The notes under the pieces are model-generated. The model was not told the origin of the DNA. It saw nothing but the letters and a program-made list of their open reading frames with translations, and did not search any database. Of a stretch of 64,000 nt of DNA, positions 1 through 10,231 are shown piece after piece. Every line of letters begins with the position of its first letter. The stretch's first letter is position 1. The stretch is from Acidobacteriota bacterium (GTDB lineage Bacteria > Acidobacteriota > UBA890 > WLXD01): positions 64,001-128,000 of the forward strand of contig CBDBHB010000006.1 of the NCBI GenBank assembly GCA_965205505.1. The letters run 5' to 3'. The translations under genes and the position numbers were made by a program.

Positions 1-150
1 GTCGAGGATCTCGGCATCCGGCCCCTGGTTCCCGAGCGATTTCAGTGCCGACGACAGCACCTGCAGGCGATCTTCGATCTGTCGGTGCTCGTGCTTGAGC
101 ACGTCGGTCGGTCGTAACTTGTGCGGGCGCTGGGTAGGCGCTGAGTCCAT
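1..150 (-). CDS. Hemerythrin-domain protein, N-terminal part (runs off window)
   Basis: Manual translation from ATG at 150: MDSAPTQRPHKLRPTDVLKHEHRQIEDRLQVL...; PTDVLxHEHxxI is typical of the first hemerythrin helix. Confidence 0.65.
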   Translation of the reverse strand, partial: MDSAPTQRPHKLRPTDVLKHEHRQIEDRLQVLSSALKSLGNQGPDAEILD

Positions 151-315
151 CGTCGCGAGGGCTACAGAAACGTTCGAGGCAAGAGTAGGCGAGTAAGTAT
201 AGGGAGGCAGCCGAAGGGGCGCAATTGGTTCGCGCGAACCGGTTGCCAAACGCCGATTACAACGATAGCGTAATCGTGTCGGCTGGGGGCAACCGGCACC
301 GGTGGGGGGCGAATC

Positions 316-666
316 ATGACTCTCTGGCGCGTCGATGAGGCGGCCGATTTCCTGGGCATCCGGCCCAAGACGCTGTACGAGTGGGTCCGGACCGGCAAAG
401 TGCCGCATCGTAAGCTCGGCTTCAACGTGCGCTTCGATCGCGATGAGCTCGAGCGTTGGGTCGAGTCACAGCCAGGAGCCGGTGGCACCGATGTGCCGGC
501 CAATGGCGCCGGGCATTCGAATGAGCTGGCGACCACGGCCGCAGCAGCAGCGCTGCTGATGTTACGAATGGAATCCGATCTGGGACAGCATCTCAGCTTC
601 CCACAGCGGCGGGAGATCAAGACGCTGGCGCATCGACTTCAGGCGGCGGTGGACACCGACGGTTGA
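316..666 (+). CDS. Excisionase/AlpA-like helix-turn-helix DNA-binding protein
   Basis: LWRVDEAADFLGIRPKTLYEWVRTGKVPHRKLGFNVRF matches the HTH_17 pattern. Confidence 0.8.
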   Translation: MTLWRVDEAADFLGIRPKTLYEWVRTGKVPHRKLGFNVRFDRDELERWVESQPGAGGTDVPANGAGHSNELATTAAAAALLMLRMESDLGQHLSFPQRREIKTLAHRLQAAVDTDG

Positions 667-1001
667 ACCTATTCGTCTACGGCGAGTTGTGTCGGGCGGA
701 GATAATCGTTGGCCTGCTAGGCCGCATGCCGATCTGTGTCCCGGCGCTCCTGCATGACCACCAGCGCGAGATCAGCCCCGCGACCGGCCACTATCAGGCG
801 CGCCCGGCCGCCGGCCAGCAGATCGCCGGTTTGCTGTTCCGCAAGGTTGCGGCCGCCGAGATCGAACGGCTCGACGAGTTTGAGGACGTTGCTAACGGCC
901 TGTACCAGCGGGTTGAATGTGAGGTGCAATCGTTGGGCCGGACGCGTCGTCAAATCGCGGCACAGGTCTATCTAGGCGCGGGTTCGGAGGAGCCAATCTA
1001 A
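663..1001 (+). CDS. Gamma-glutamylcyclotransferase (AIG2-like) family protein
   Basis: LFVYG N-terminal motif and LDEFE...Y motif; 4-bp overlap with upstream stop. Confidence 0.8.
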   Translation: MNLFVYGELCRAEIIVGLLGRMPICVPALLHDHQREISPATGHYQARPAAGQQIAGLLFRKVAAAEIERLDEFEDVANGLYQRVECEVQSLGRTRRQIAAQVYLGAGSEEPI

Positions 1002-1243
1002 GGCTCGCCATCGAGCTTGGACAGGATCTCTTCCATGTGCCACTGGACCACACGATCGTAGTGCTGTTTGATGAGATCCATGCGGATCTGGCGCTGGTTG
1101 GGGTCGGTGGCTTGGCGGTATTGGGTGATCGCGCCACGGAGTTCGCAGCCGAGATTCTCTACCGCAGGTACGATATCGGGCCGGTTCGTCGCTGACCATT
1201 CGCGAAACTCATGCCAGCGAGACAGGTAATTGTCGATCTTCAT
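998..1243 (-). CDS. Small hypothetical protein (81 aa)
   Basis: Strong SD (GGAGG) just before ATG; protein-like composition. Confidence 0.65.
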   Translation of the reverse strand: MKIDNYLSRWHEFREWSATNRPDIVPAVENLGCELRGAITQYRQATDPNQRQIRMDLIKQHYDRVVQWHMEEILSKLDGEP

Positions 1244-1331
1244 ATGCCTCCCTTTCAGCGGAGATCATAGCATCGGATCCCGAGGCGGCAGAAGTGGGCT
1301 AGGCTGGCTTTTGCGCCACCTGACGCGGCCA

Positions 1332-2696
1332 ATGAGGTCACTCGGACCGGCGGCGCTCGTTGTCGGAATTGGGGGCTGTGCGGGCGCCGGACCCGGTATC
1401 AACAGCCCGGCGATCTTGGTTCAGTCCGAAATCCGTGAGCTTCTGGACGCCGGCGAGATCACCGACGCGCTGACCAGGGCAGTGTCGTACGAACGCCGTG
1501 CCCCGGGACCTGAGTCTTGGAGTTGGCTCGGACGGGCGCTATGGCGCTCCGGCGAACTGCTCGAAGCTGAGAGCTTCTTTCGTCGTGCGGTGGGATCGGG
1601 GTCATCGGAGGGGGTTCTCGGGCTAGCCCGTGCCGCCGCTGCCCTCGGGCGGCTCGATGAGGCGGGGTCGCTGGCCGAGCAGTTGGCGACGGACGAACGG
1701 ACGCGAGCCCGTGCGCTGCGGTTACTGGCTGCGCTCGCCTGGCGACAGGGGAATTCGACCGCGGCGGCCCAGCATTTGAGCGCCGCGGCCGAGGCCTCGG
1801 AAGACCCCGCCGCTGGCGCGCGCCTGGCGAACGCGGCGGCGGCGGCGGCAACCATGCCGCAGCGCTCCGGCGGGGCGGCGATCATTTGGAATGGTTTTGC
1901 CGGGACGGTGCCTTTGGAACGCGATGCCGCGGGTGCTCCGATCGTTGTTGTCCGCTTGGGTGGCGCGACGGCACGCCTGCGGCTGTCGCTTCAGTCGCCG
2001 CGATCGACGCTGTCGCCCGAGTTGGTCGGCCGGGTCGGACTGGTCGTCCACGGCGATCCGGAAAGCGGCGGCCACGCCGTAGTGCCCGTGGAGCTGGGCG
2101 ATGTGACGGCGGCGGCGGTACCGTTCGTCCTGCAGCCAGTGGACGGCGCCGATGGCGAGCTCGGTTTCGACGTCATCTCGACGCTCGGTTGGGAGCTGTG
2201 GCTCAGCGAGGATCGTATAGTCATCAGGCCGCCGCACCCCGATTTGTCGGCCGCCACCGATGCTCTGCGGTCGAGCGAGCCGCAGCTTCGTCCAGCGCAC
2301 TGGATCGATGTACGCGTGCCCATCGATGGGCTCGAGGCGCAGCTGCTGCTGTTTCCTCGATTGTTGACGGTATCGGTGGCGGCAAGCATCGACCTGTCGG
2401 GGCCGTCACGCATCAGCCGCGGTGGGCTGGCACAAGCGACCGTACACGATGCCGAGCCGATCGACCGTCGGACCGAAGAGACCGTGGTGCTCGCCACGCG
2501 GCTCGGCGGTTTCGGGTTGCCAACCATCTATCGAGTCGAGTCTTACCTCGACGCGGCTCCTGGCTCGAGTTCGGTGGCACCACAGGCCGTGCTCGGTGTC
2601 GACTTTGCGGCCGCCTGGGGGTTGCGATGGTCGCCGGAGCTGCAGCAGCTCTCGCTCGTCGTGACGGACGCTGAGACAGTCGGGCTGTCGAGATAG
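1332..2696 (+). CDS. Putative lipoprotein with TPR repeats and two degenerate retropepsin-like domains
   Basis: Hydrophobic N-terminus ending IGGC; TPR-like helices (WSWLGRALWRSGELLEA); GELGFDV and AVLGVDF motifs; start uncertain (ORF opens at 1230). Confidence 0.6.
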   Translation: MRSLGPAALVVGIGGCAGAGPGINSPAILVQSEIRELLDAGEITDALTRAVSYERRAPGPESWSWLGRALWRSGELLEAESFFRRAVGSGSSEGVLGLARAAAALGRLDEAGSLAEQLATDERTRARALRLLAALAWRQGNSTAAAQHLSAAAEASEDPAAGARLANAAAAAATMPQRSGGAAIIWNGFAGTVPLERDAAGAPIVVVRLGGATARLRLSLQSPRSTLSPELVGRVGLVVHGDPESGGHAVVPVELGDVTAAAVPFVLQPVDGADGELGFDVISTLGWELWLSEDRIVIRPPHPDLSAATDALRSSEPQLRPAHWIDVRVPIDGLEAQLLLFPRLLTVSVAASIDLSGPSRISRGGLAQATVHDAEPIDRRTEETVVLATRLGGFGLPTIYRVESYLDAAPGSSSVAPQAVLGVDFAAAWGLRWSPELQQLSLVVTDAETVGLSR

Positions 2697-2705
2697 AATG
2701 ACCGC

Positions 2706-4229
<1,524 letters not shown>

Positions 4230-4407
4230 CCACATCGCGTCGTCGACCCACCGTCGACGGCAGACGCACATCACGCCTGTCCGACTTGAATGGGTCGTGT
4301 CGCGCTGCTGGTCGACTTCGCGCTGCTGCGGCGAAGCGACTGACAGCAGGGGACTTGCCGTTGCTGGACGATGCTGGAACGGTCTCTGTGGTCTCGCCAA
4401 CCCTGGA

Positions 4408-4424
4408 TTGGCATCAAACTTGCT
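4408..4424 (+). promoter_or_regulatory. Sigma-54 (-24/-12) promoter
   Basis: TTGGCATCAAACTTGCT: GG at 4410-4411 and GC at 4422-4423 with exact 10-nt spacing, ~180 bp after an EBP gene. Confidence 0.8.
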
Positions 4425-4434
4425 CTTGTAGAGT

Positions 4435-4562
4435 CGCGAGGCCGCCGGGCATCAGTCGGGTTGGCTCGCGGAACCGGGACAACGTCGGACGGAAGGGGAA
4501 ACAGGGGACCCTCGCTCTGAACCCGGTGAGCTAGCCCGGCAGGTGCCCGGCGGTCTTTCGCG
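4435..4562 (+). ncRNA. Candidate sigma-54-dependent rod-shaped small RNA
   Basis: Begins at predicted +1; nested stems 4439-4453/4542-4556, 4455-4467/4528-4540, 4473-4478/4522-4527 with five G-U pairs; no credible ORF; next gene is convergent. Confidence 0.65.
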
Positions 4563-4577
4563 CGAGGCTGCGGCCTG

Positions 4578-5267
4578 CTAGAGCTGGAACGACAGGAATC
4601 CGGCGATGCGGCGCATCGAGAAGAGGCGGTTGAGTAGGCTGCCGCTGCCACCGGTAATCGCCTTCATCTCCCGATAGTCGGCGCGGAAAGACACTTTCTC
4701 CGACAGATAAAAGCGAAAGCCGAGCCCGAAGGCTATCAACGGGCCCGTCTCCAGCTCGTTCATCGGCTCGATACCGAAGGTAGGCAGCGCCGCGGCCACC
4801 GGATCCCGCAACCGCTCCGTAGCATGAAAGATGCCGCCGCCCACCGCCAGGTACGGTGCTAGCTTGCTGGACCGCCCGCCGGACTGAAAGATGAAGCTGA
4901 GCAGTCCGTGGTTGATCTGGCCGTTCGGGCCGCGCGTGACACCGCCCTCGAGCTCGATGCCCACGTTGCCGGTCGAGCGCTTGAAGTAACTGGCAGCAAT
5001 GCCTGCCTGGCCTGAAGCCGAGCCACGCATCTGCACTGCTCCGATGAGGCTGATCTGGAACCCACCGACCGGGTCCGAAGGCGGTCGGTCGTCGCGCCGG
5101 ATGGTCTGCTGAAGGTCAAACAGACCGACCGTTCCGGCGCCGCGGCGTTCGTCTTCCTCATCTGCCGTCGGTGGAATCAAGCTTCCTGCCGATGACGCGC
5201 TGGCTGCGTCCGGCGCAAGCGCCAGCCCAGTCAACAGCAAAGCGGCGGGAAGCGAGCGCAGGTGCAC
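4578..5267 (-). CDS. Outer-membrane beta-barrel domain protein
   Basis: Signal peptide, amphipathic strands (PYLAVGGG, FGLGFRFY, FRADYR), aromatic-rich C-terminal strand. Confidence 0.7.
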   Translation of the reverse strand: MHLRSLPAALLLTGLALAPDAASASSAGSLIPPTADEEDERRGAGTVGLFDLQQTIRRDDRPPSDPVGGFQISLIGAVQMRGSASGQAGIAASYFKRSTGNVGIELEGGVTRGPNGQINHGLLSFIFQSGGRSSKLAPYLAVGGGIFHATERLRDPVAAALPTFGIEPMNELETGPLIAFGLGFRFYLSEKVSFRADYREMKAITGGSGSLLNRLFSMRRIAGFLSFQL

Positions 5268-5276
5268 GCGATGCTC

Positions 5277-6203
5277 CTAGAAGAGGACGGCTGTGCCAGA
5301 GGGAAAGGAGTCGGTCCGATTGATCAACGGGACGATCGCTCTCGGGGTCACGCCCGCCGGAACGAGTCCCTCCAGAACGATCAGCTGCGATCGAGGAAAA
5401 AAATCAATCGACCGGCCCTCGAGACTCACGGTTATGCGAGCCCCGGCAAGACTTGCGGGGAACGTGAGGCCATCGGGCGCGTTGACCAGCAGGTCATCCC
5501 CCGGACGTTCTGGGGCCGGGGCTTCGTCGGCGCAGAATCGACACCTGTCGTCGGCTTGGTCCCCGCGGTCGAACCGGCCGACACTGAGGGAGCTGCCGTT
5601 GATGTCGACGAACGTCTCATAGATCAGCGCGGCGGTAGTATCGGGCAGGCTTAGTGAAGGATCGCCGTTGCTATCGACCATCCAGAATCCAGAGGTTTCG
5701 TTGGTGTTCGGACCGTCCGTCGGAGTGAAGATCTGTACGCTACCGCCGGCGCTCGTGATCGCCGACGAGATGGGCACTGTGAGCGTCGCCACCCCTTCGA
5801 TGAAGGTACCGGAGAGAATCTGCATACCGCTTGGCGCCGTCGGCTCATCGGTATCTGACTCGATCGTGACCAGCATCCTGAGCGTCTCGCGCAAAGGGAA
5901 CTGGTCGGAGCGAAACTCACCGAGCGGGACGCCCGCGGTGTCGATCATCTGGCCGCCGGCGCCGATATTGAATGCGCCGAGGCTTTGCGACTCGTTGCGC
6001 TCGAGCAGCGCCCACAGGTAGTAGATGCCATCCGTCCCCGGGTCCAGCGGCTGCAGCAAGGTCACGTCCACCAATATCGCCTGGACCTCTCCGACAGCTC
6101 GGGGCAACGCTGTTATCTCCGTCGGCGTCTGGTTGCACGCCGGCAGCAGCAGAGCGCAGGCCACGATCAGGAGGCGGAGAGCCCCGATTCGGTTCCAGGA
6201 CAT
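5277..6203 (-). CDS. Hypothetical lipoprotein
   Basis: Signal peptide with lipobox LPAC; abuts upstream gene stop. Confidence 0.7.
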   Translation of the reverse strand: MSWNRIGALRLLIVACALLLPACNQTPTEITALPRAVGEVQAILVDVTLLQPLDPGTDGIYYLWALLERNESQSLGAFNIGAGGQMIDTAGVPLGEFRSDQFPLRETLRMLVTIESDTDEPTAPSGMQILSGTFIEGVATLTVPISSAITSAGGSVQIFTPTDGPNTNETSGFWMVDSNGDPSLSLPDTTAALIYETFVDINGSSLSVGRFDRGDQADDRCRFCADEAPAPERPGDDLLVNAPDGLTFPASLAGARITVSLEGRSIDFFPRSQLIVLEGLVPAGVTPRAIVPLINRTDSFPSGTAVLF

Positions 6204-6583
6204 TATTTGCTTCCCTGCGAGTCCTTCTCGAGGTGCTCGATAATCAGCGTGTACAGCGACTCGCGGTCGCTGAGGCCTTCTTCCAGCCCGTTCTCGAGGG
6301 CCCTGGCCAATTGCGCCGGGCTAACTCCGCGGTCCACGAGCCAGGCCCGCGAATCTTCCCATGTCGGAAGCCACGCAAAGCCGCTCGCCAGAATCTCGGC
6401 GCCTCCAGCCGCGGAGGCGGTCTGATTCGGGCTGGTGATCAGGTACACGCTGGCCTGAAACGGTGAGCCGGCCTTCATGACGCCATCGATGTCAAAAATA
6501 TAGTGACCTGGCTGCGGATCCCATTGAAGTCCGGCCCCGCGCAGGCGGGCTGCCATGGCGATCTCAGACTCTGTGAAGCGCAT
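6203..6583 (-). CDS. Hypothetical protein
   Basis: SD GAGGAG upstream; stop/start overlap with the next gene. Confidence 0.7.
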   Translation of the reverse strand: MRFTESEIAMAARLRGAGLQWDPQPGHYIFDIDGVMKAGSPFQASVYLITSPNQTASAAGGAEILASGFAWLPTWEDSRAWLVDRGVSPAQLARALENGLEEGLSDRESLYTLIIEHLEKDSQGSK

Positions 6584-6717
6584 AGGCTCTCCTCGACACT
6601 AGATTGTAACAACCAGGGAAAACTCGTGCCCATCACAAGTAAGCACGGGATCGGGGCCGGGGCGCTGCCGGCGTGCGAAGCGACGCCGGCAGTCGCGCTC
6701 CGGTGGGCATCAGGGCG

Positions 6718-7143
6718 TCAGGGCGTCAGGGCGACCCCGACGCCGTGCCGAAATACTGCGCTGCCGCCGAGGTAGGCCGTGACCGCAAGCGCACCCACGC
6801 CGAGCAACGCCACCAACCAGTACAAGCTGCGGCCACGCTTTGGAAGCTGTCCCCTGGCAACGAGGCGCCACGCGGCGAGCGGCGCAAACGTCAACAATAC
6901 GATCCAACCACCGAGTCGGTGGCGGATTACAGTCGCCTCCGCGGCGCCGGCCGGTAGCGCAGCGCTGTGGGCAGCATAGCCCGAGAGCACCGCGAATGCC
7001 GCCGCCAGCGCGCCGAATACCAGCGTCCAGGACGCGACGATGCGAAGATCCCCTTCGTCTACCGTGCTGGCCAGCAAATCGCATAGAACCGATGTGGCCA
7101 GCAGCGCTACCGCGAAATCTACGACAACGGTGTGCGGTACCAA
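6718..7143 (-). CDS. DUF2231-like membrane protein
   Basis: Four hydrophobic helices, N-terminal HxxVVxF and C-terminal TAYLGG..VFRHGVG. Confidence 0.65.
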   Translation of the reverse strand: MVPHTVVVDFAVALLATSVLCDLLASTVDEGDLRIVASWTLVFGALAAAFAVLSGYAAHSAALPAGAAEATVIRHRLGGWIVLLTFAPLAAWRLVARGQLPKRGRSLYWLVALLGVGALAVTAYLGGSAVFRHGVGVALTP

Positions 7144-7157
7144 TTCACCGCGGCCTG

Positions 7158-7553
7158 CTAGTTCTGTCCGAGCGACGCCTCGGCGCCGTTTGGATCGGCC
7201 ACCTTGAACACGCAGAGTGCCCGGGCCATCCCGGACACGGCGGTAGCGTATGCGTACTCGACGTTGATACCTGCCCCTGCCAGACGTACCGCGACCTTTC
7301 CCAGCGCGCCCGGCTCGTCGGATACCTCCACCGCCAGTACCTCGATAGTCGAAAACGGCAAGCTGGCGTTGCGAAGCACCTCCTCGGCGCCGTCGACGTC
7401 GTCCACAAGCATACGGACGACTCCATAGTCGCTACCCTCCGAGGTTGTCATGGCACGCAGGTCGATGCCGTTTGACTCCAGCGTGTTGCAGAGGGTCGCC
7501 AGGCGGCCGGGGACATTCTCCAGAAAAACGCTGATTTGTCGCAGAACGGGCAT
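7158..7553 (-). CDS. ACT-domain protein (two ACT repeats)
   Basis: QISVFLENVPGRL...DYGVVRM...DEPGAL...INVEYAY. Confidence 0.85.
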   Translation of the reverse strand: MPVLRQISVFLENVPGRLATLCNTLESNGIDLRAMTTSEGSDYGVVRMLVDDVDGAEEVLRNASLPFSTIEVLAVEVSDEPGALGKVAVRLAGAGINVEYAYATAVSGMARALCVFKVADPNGAEASLGQN

Positions 7554-7608
7554 CTGAGAAGACCTTGTCGCTCGTTGGAGTGCTCGAAAGGAATGCAGTG
7601 CGGAGAGT

Positions 7609-8286
7609 CTATCCTGAGACACGTTCCACGAACACGCCGCCCGCGGCCGCTAGACCCAGATGGCAGATGCGGCTGCCGACTCGTACCGTCACGGGATGGT
7701 CCTGTGATCCACGATCGACGATCTCCAGCTTCACATCGGGTCGCACACCGAGCTCACCAAGGTAACGCAGCAGGTCGGCGTCGCCGTCGATTACCCGGCG
7801 CACGATCGCCGTCTCTCCGATCTCCAGCTCGGACAATGTCGGATACTCGGGCTCGTCCATCGATCCGTCGCTGGCCGGTATGGGTGCGCCGTGCGGATCA
7901 GTGCCCGGACTCTGCAGCAGACGATCGAGCGCCGCTACAAAACGCTGGCTTACTGCGTGCTCGAGGCGTTCGGCTTCAGCGTGAACCTCGTCCCACGGGT
8001 ACTCGAGGTACTCGCTCAGAAAGCGCTCAATCAGCCGATGGCGCCGGATCATCCGTCGAGCCAGGCGTTCGCCGTCGGCGGTCAGAATCACGCCTCGATA
8101 GGGTTCGTGCTCGACCAAAGCGAGTGTTGCAAGCCGGCGCATCATGTTGCTGACCGACGCGGGCCGCACTTCCAGCCGTTCGGCGATCGCCGACGTCTGT
8201 ACCGGAGCTGTGCCGCTGCCGAGCTCGAAGATCGCCTTGATGTAGTCCTCGATTGACTCGGACGAAATCAACGCGTCCTCGCTCAC
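7609..8286 (-). CDS. DtxR/MntR family metal-dependent repressor with FeoA domain
   Basis: EDYIKAI, RRHRLIERFL, HAEAERLEH, DPHGAPIP. Confidence 0.93.
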   Translation of the reverse strand: MSEDALISSESIEDYIKAIFELGSGTAPVQTSAIAERLEVRPASVSNMMRRLATLALVEHEPYRGVILTADGERLARRMIRRHRLIERFLSEYLEYPWDEVHAEAERLEHAVSQRFVAALDRLLQSPGTDPHGAPIPASDGSMDEPEYPTLSELEIGETAIVRRVIDGDADLLRYLGELGVRPDVKLEIVDRGSQDHPVTVRVGSRICHLGLAAAGGVFVERVSG

Positions 8287-9851
8287 GAGTCACTGGGGTC
8301 GGTGAACACGGCAGGCTGATCATCCCATCCGCCAACCGCGAAGTCTTCACCGATGGCTTTTACCGTCACGGTATTCGTTGTCCCTGGGCCACCCACCGGG
8401 AATCCGGCGGTGATCACCACGAGATCACCCTCGTGCAGCAGACCCTCGTCACGGGCGGTCGCCTCGGCCTCGGCCAGCATCGCTTCGTGGGTTGGAACCT
8501 CGCGTCCCGGCAACGGGATCACGCCCCAGGTCAGCGTCAGCCTTCCCACCGTTGCCGGGTGCGTGCTGATCGCGAGGATTGGCTGACGCGGTCGGAACTC
8601 TGCCATCTTGATAGCTGTGCTCCCGGTGCGTGTCGGAACCAGAATCGCGGCTGGGTCCAGGAGGCGAGCGACCAGCGCCGCCGCTGCAGCGACCACGTCG
8701 GGTACCGAGCCGCGACGCTCCGCCGATAGTTTCCGGTCGACCTCCGGCCCCTCCATGTCGCGCTCGGTGGCCAGGCAGATACGGCGCATGATGTTCACTG
8801 CACGCACCGGGTTGGAGCCGATCGCGGTCTCCTCCGACAGCATCACGGCGTCGGTTCCGTCGTACAGCGCGTTCGCCACATCCGTGGCTTCGGCACGCGT
8901 TGGTCGCGTGGCCGTTACCATCGATCGCAGCATCTGAGTAGCGGTGATTACCGGCTTTCCGGCGGCGTTTGCGCTCCGGATGATTTGTTTCTGTGCTCGC
9001 GGTACCTCCTCCAGAGGTATCTCTACCGCCAGATCGCCGCGCGCCACGAGCAATCCGTCAGCCTGTTCGATGATCCCCGGCAGATTCTGCATCGCCTCGT
9101 GCTTTTCGATCTTGGCGATCACCGACAAATTACCACCGTGTTCGAGGATCACGCTGCGTGCCAGCTCGACGTCGGCGCTGCTGCGCACGAACGACAGCGC
9201 TATGAAGTCGACCCCGACCGCCACGCCGAGTGCGATCGCGTCTCGGTCAGCGGGTGTGATGGTGGGCAAAGAAAGGGTCCTGGTGGGAAAGTTCATGCCC
9301 TTGTGGCTGGAGACGGGCCCACCGGAGTTCACGCGGCAGTTCACTGCCGTGCTATCGGTCGATTCCACCTCGAGCTCGACATCGCCGTCGCCGATGAATA
9401 TCCAGTCGCCGGGCTCCATCTCGTCCGGCAGCCGAGCGTAGCTGACCGAGATCTCGCCGGCGTTTCCCGGCGCGTCGCCGGGTATGAGTCGCACAACGGA
9501 GCCACTATCCAGAAAGATGGGTCCGTCGGGGATGTCGCCGATCCGGAGCTTGGGACCCGGAATATCCAGCATGATGCCGATGGGGCGCTTCCGTTCGGCG
9601 GAGATCGCACGGATGAGCTTGACAGTACGGCGATGCCATTCCGGCTCTCCGTGGGAGAAATTCAACCGCGCCACGTCCATGCCAGCGTCGATGAGAGCTT
9701 CGAGCTGGTCTCGCTCCTGCGTTGCCGGGCCGATCGTGCAGACGATCTTGGTCCGGCGCGTTTGCCCGACGCTTCGCTTCACCACGTTCGCTCCAGTACC
9801 GACTCGCCGTGCGGGCGAGGTGCCAACATCGATCCCTACGGTAGGCTCCAC
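8283..9851 (-). CDS. pyk: Pyruvate kinase
   Basis: RRTKIVCTIGPA, ARLNFSHG, AKIE, VARGDL, ATQML, DAVMLS; true start may be slightly downstream. Confidence 0.96.
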   Translation of the reverse strand: MEPTVGIDVGTSPARRVGTGANVVKRSVGQTRRTKIVCTIGPATQERDQLEALIDAGMDVARLNFSHGEPEWHRRTVKLIRAISAERKRPIGIMLDIPGPKLRIGDIPDGPIFLDSGSVVRLIPGDAPGNAGEISVSYARLPDEMEPGDWIFIGDGDVELEVESTDSTAVNCRVNSGGPVSSHKGMNFPTRTLSLPTITPADRDAIALGVAVGVDFIALSFVRSSADVELARSVILEHGGNLSVIAKIEKHEAMQNLPGIIEQADGLLVARGDLAVEIPLEEVPRAQKQIIRSANAAGKPVITATQMLRSMVTATRPTRAEATDVANALYDGTDAVMLSEETAIGSNPVRAVNIMRRICLATERDMEGPEVDRKLSAERRGSVPDVVAAAAALVARLLDPAAILVPTRTGSTAIKMAEFRPRQPILAISTHPATVGRLTLTWGVIPLPGREVPTHEAMLAEAEATARDEGLLHEGDLVVITAGFPVGGPGTTNTVTVKAIGEDFAVGGWDDQPAVFTDPSDS

Positions 9852-10231
9852 GGTTCGATTGTATCGACCAGCTGAACTTTGAAGCGGCGTGGGTAGTCGG
9901 CCGGAACGCGCAGCCAGACCGCCACCATCTGCGGCCGACCCTCCTGCACATCGACGAGGCGTACCTCGCCCGCGAAGAACCGTCGCCCGTCCGAATGCGA
10001 TTGCAGCGCGTCCCAGACGACGGTCCCGAGACTATCGATCCACAGACGCTGGATCTCCAGGATCACACCTCTCAGGTTCAGCACTGTCTCGGGTAGAACG
10101 CGGCAAGGACAAAAGCGGATCGTGTGACCGCGCACTACATCCTCGATCACGAGCTCATCGATACGTGCGTACGTGCGTCTACTGACTGGCTCCAGCATCT
10201 CCTCCACCGGCGGTCGCTCGTTCCACACCAA
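9836..10231 (-). CDS. Hypothetical protein
   Basis: Co-oriented ORF filling the gap between HAD and pyk genes. Confidence 0.5.
   Translation of the reverse strand: MVWNERPPVEEMLEPVSRRTYARIDELVIEDVVRGHTIRFCPCRVLPETVLNLRGVILEIQRLWIDSLGTVVWDALQSHSDGRRFFAGEVRLVDVQEGRPQMVAVWLRVPADYPRRFKVQLVDTIEPWSLP

Noticed and set aside
316-666. Excisionase marking a prophage or ICE
   Set aside because: No integrase, att site or phage genes nearby within the window; stand-alone HTH_17 regulators are common
4286-4534. 82-aa ORF over the sigma-54 promoter region
   Set aside because: No SD, no recognisable motif, and it spans the promoter; RNA structure explains the region better
4435-4562. Identification as SRP RNA, 6S RNA or a simple terminator
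   Set aside because: Lacks the SRP helix-8 CAGG/GGAA/AGCA motif, is shorter than 6S with no large central bubble, and is far longer than a terminator while having its own promoter
6657-6723. GC hairpin and short TCAGGGCG tandem repeat
   Set aside because: Single intergenic hairpin without U-tract or other copies; the repeat is only about 2.5 units
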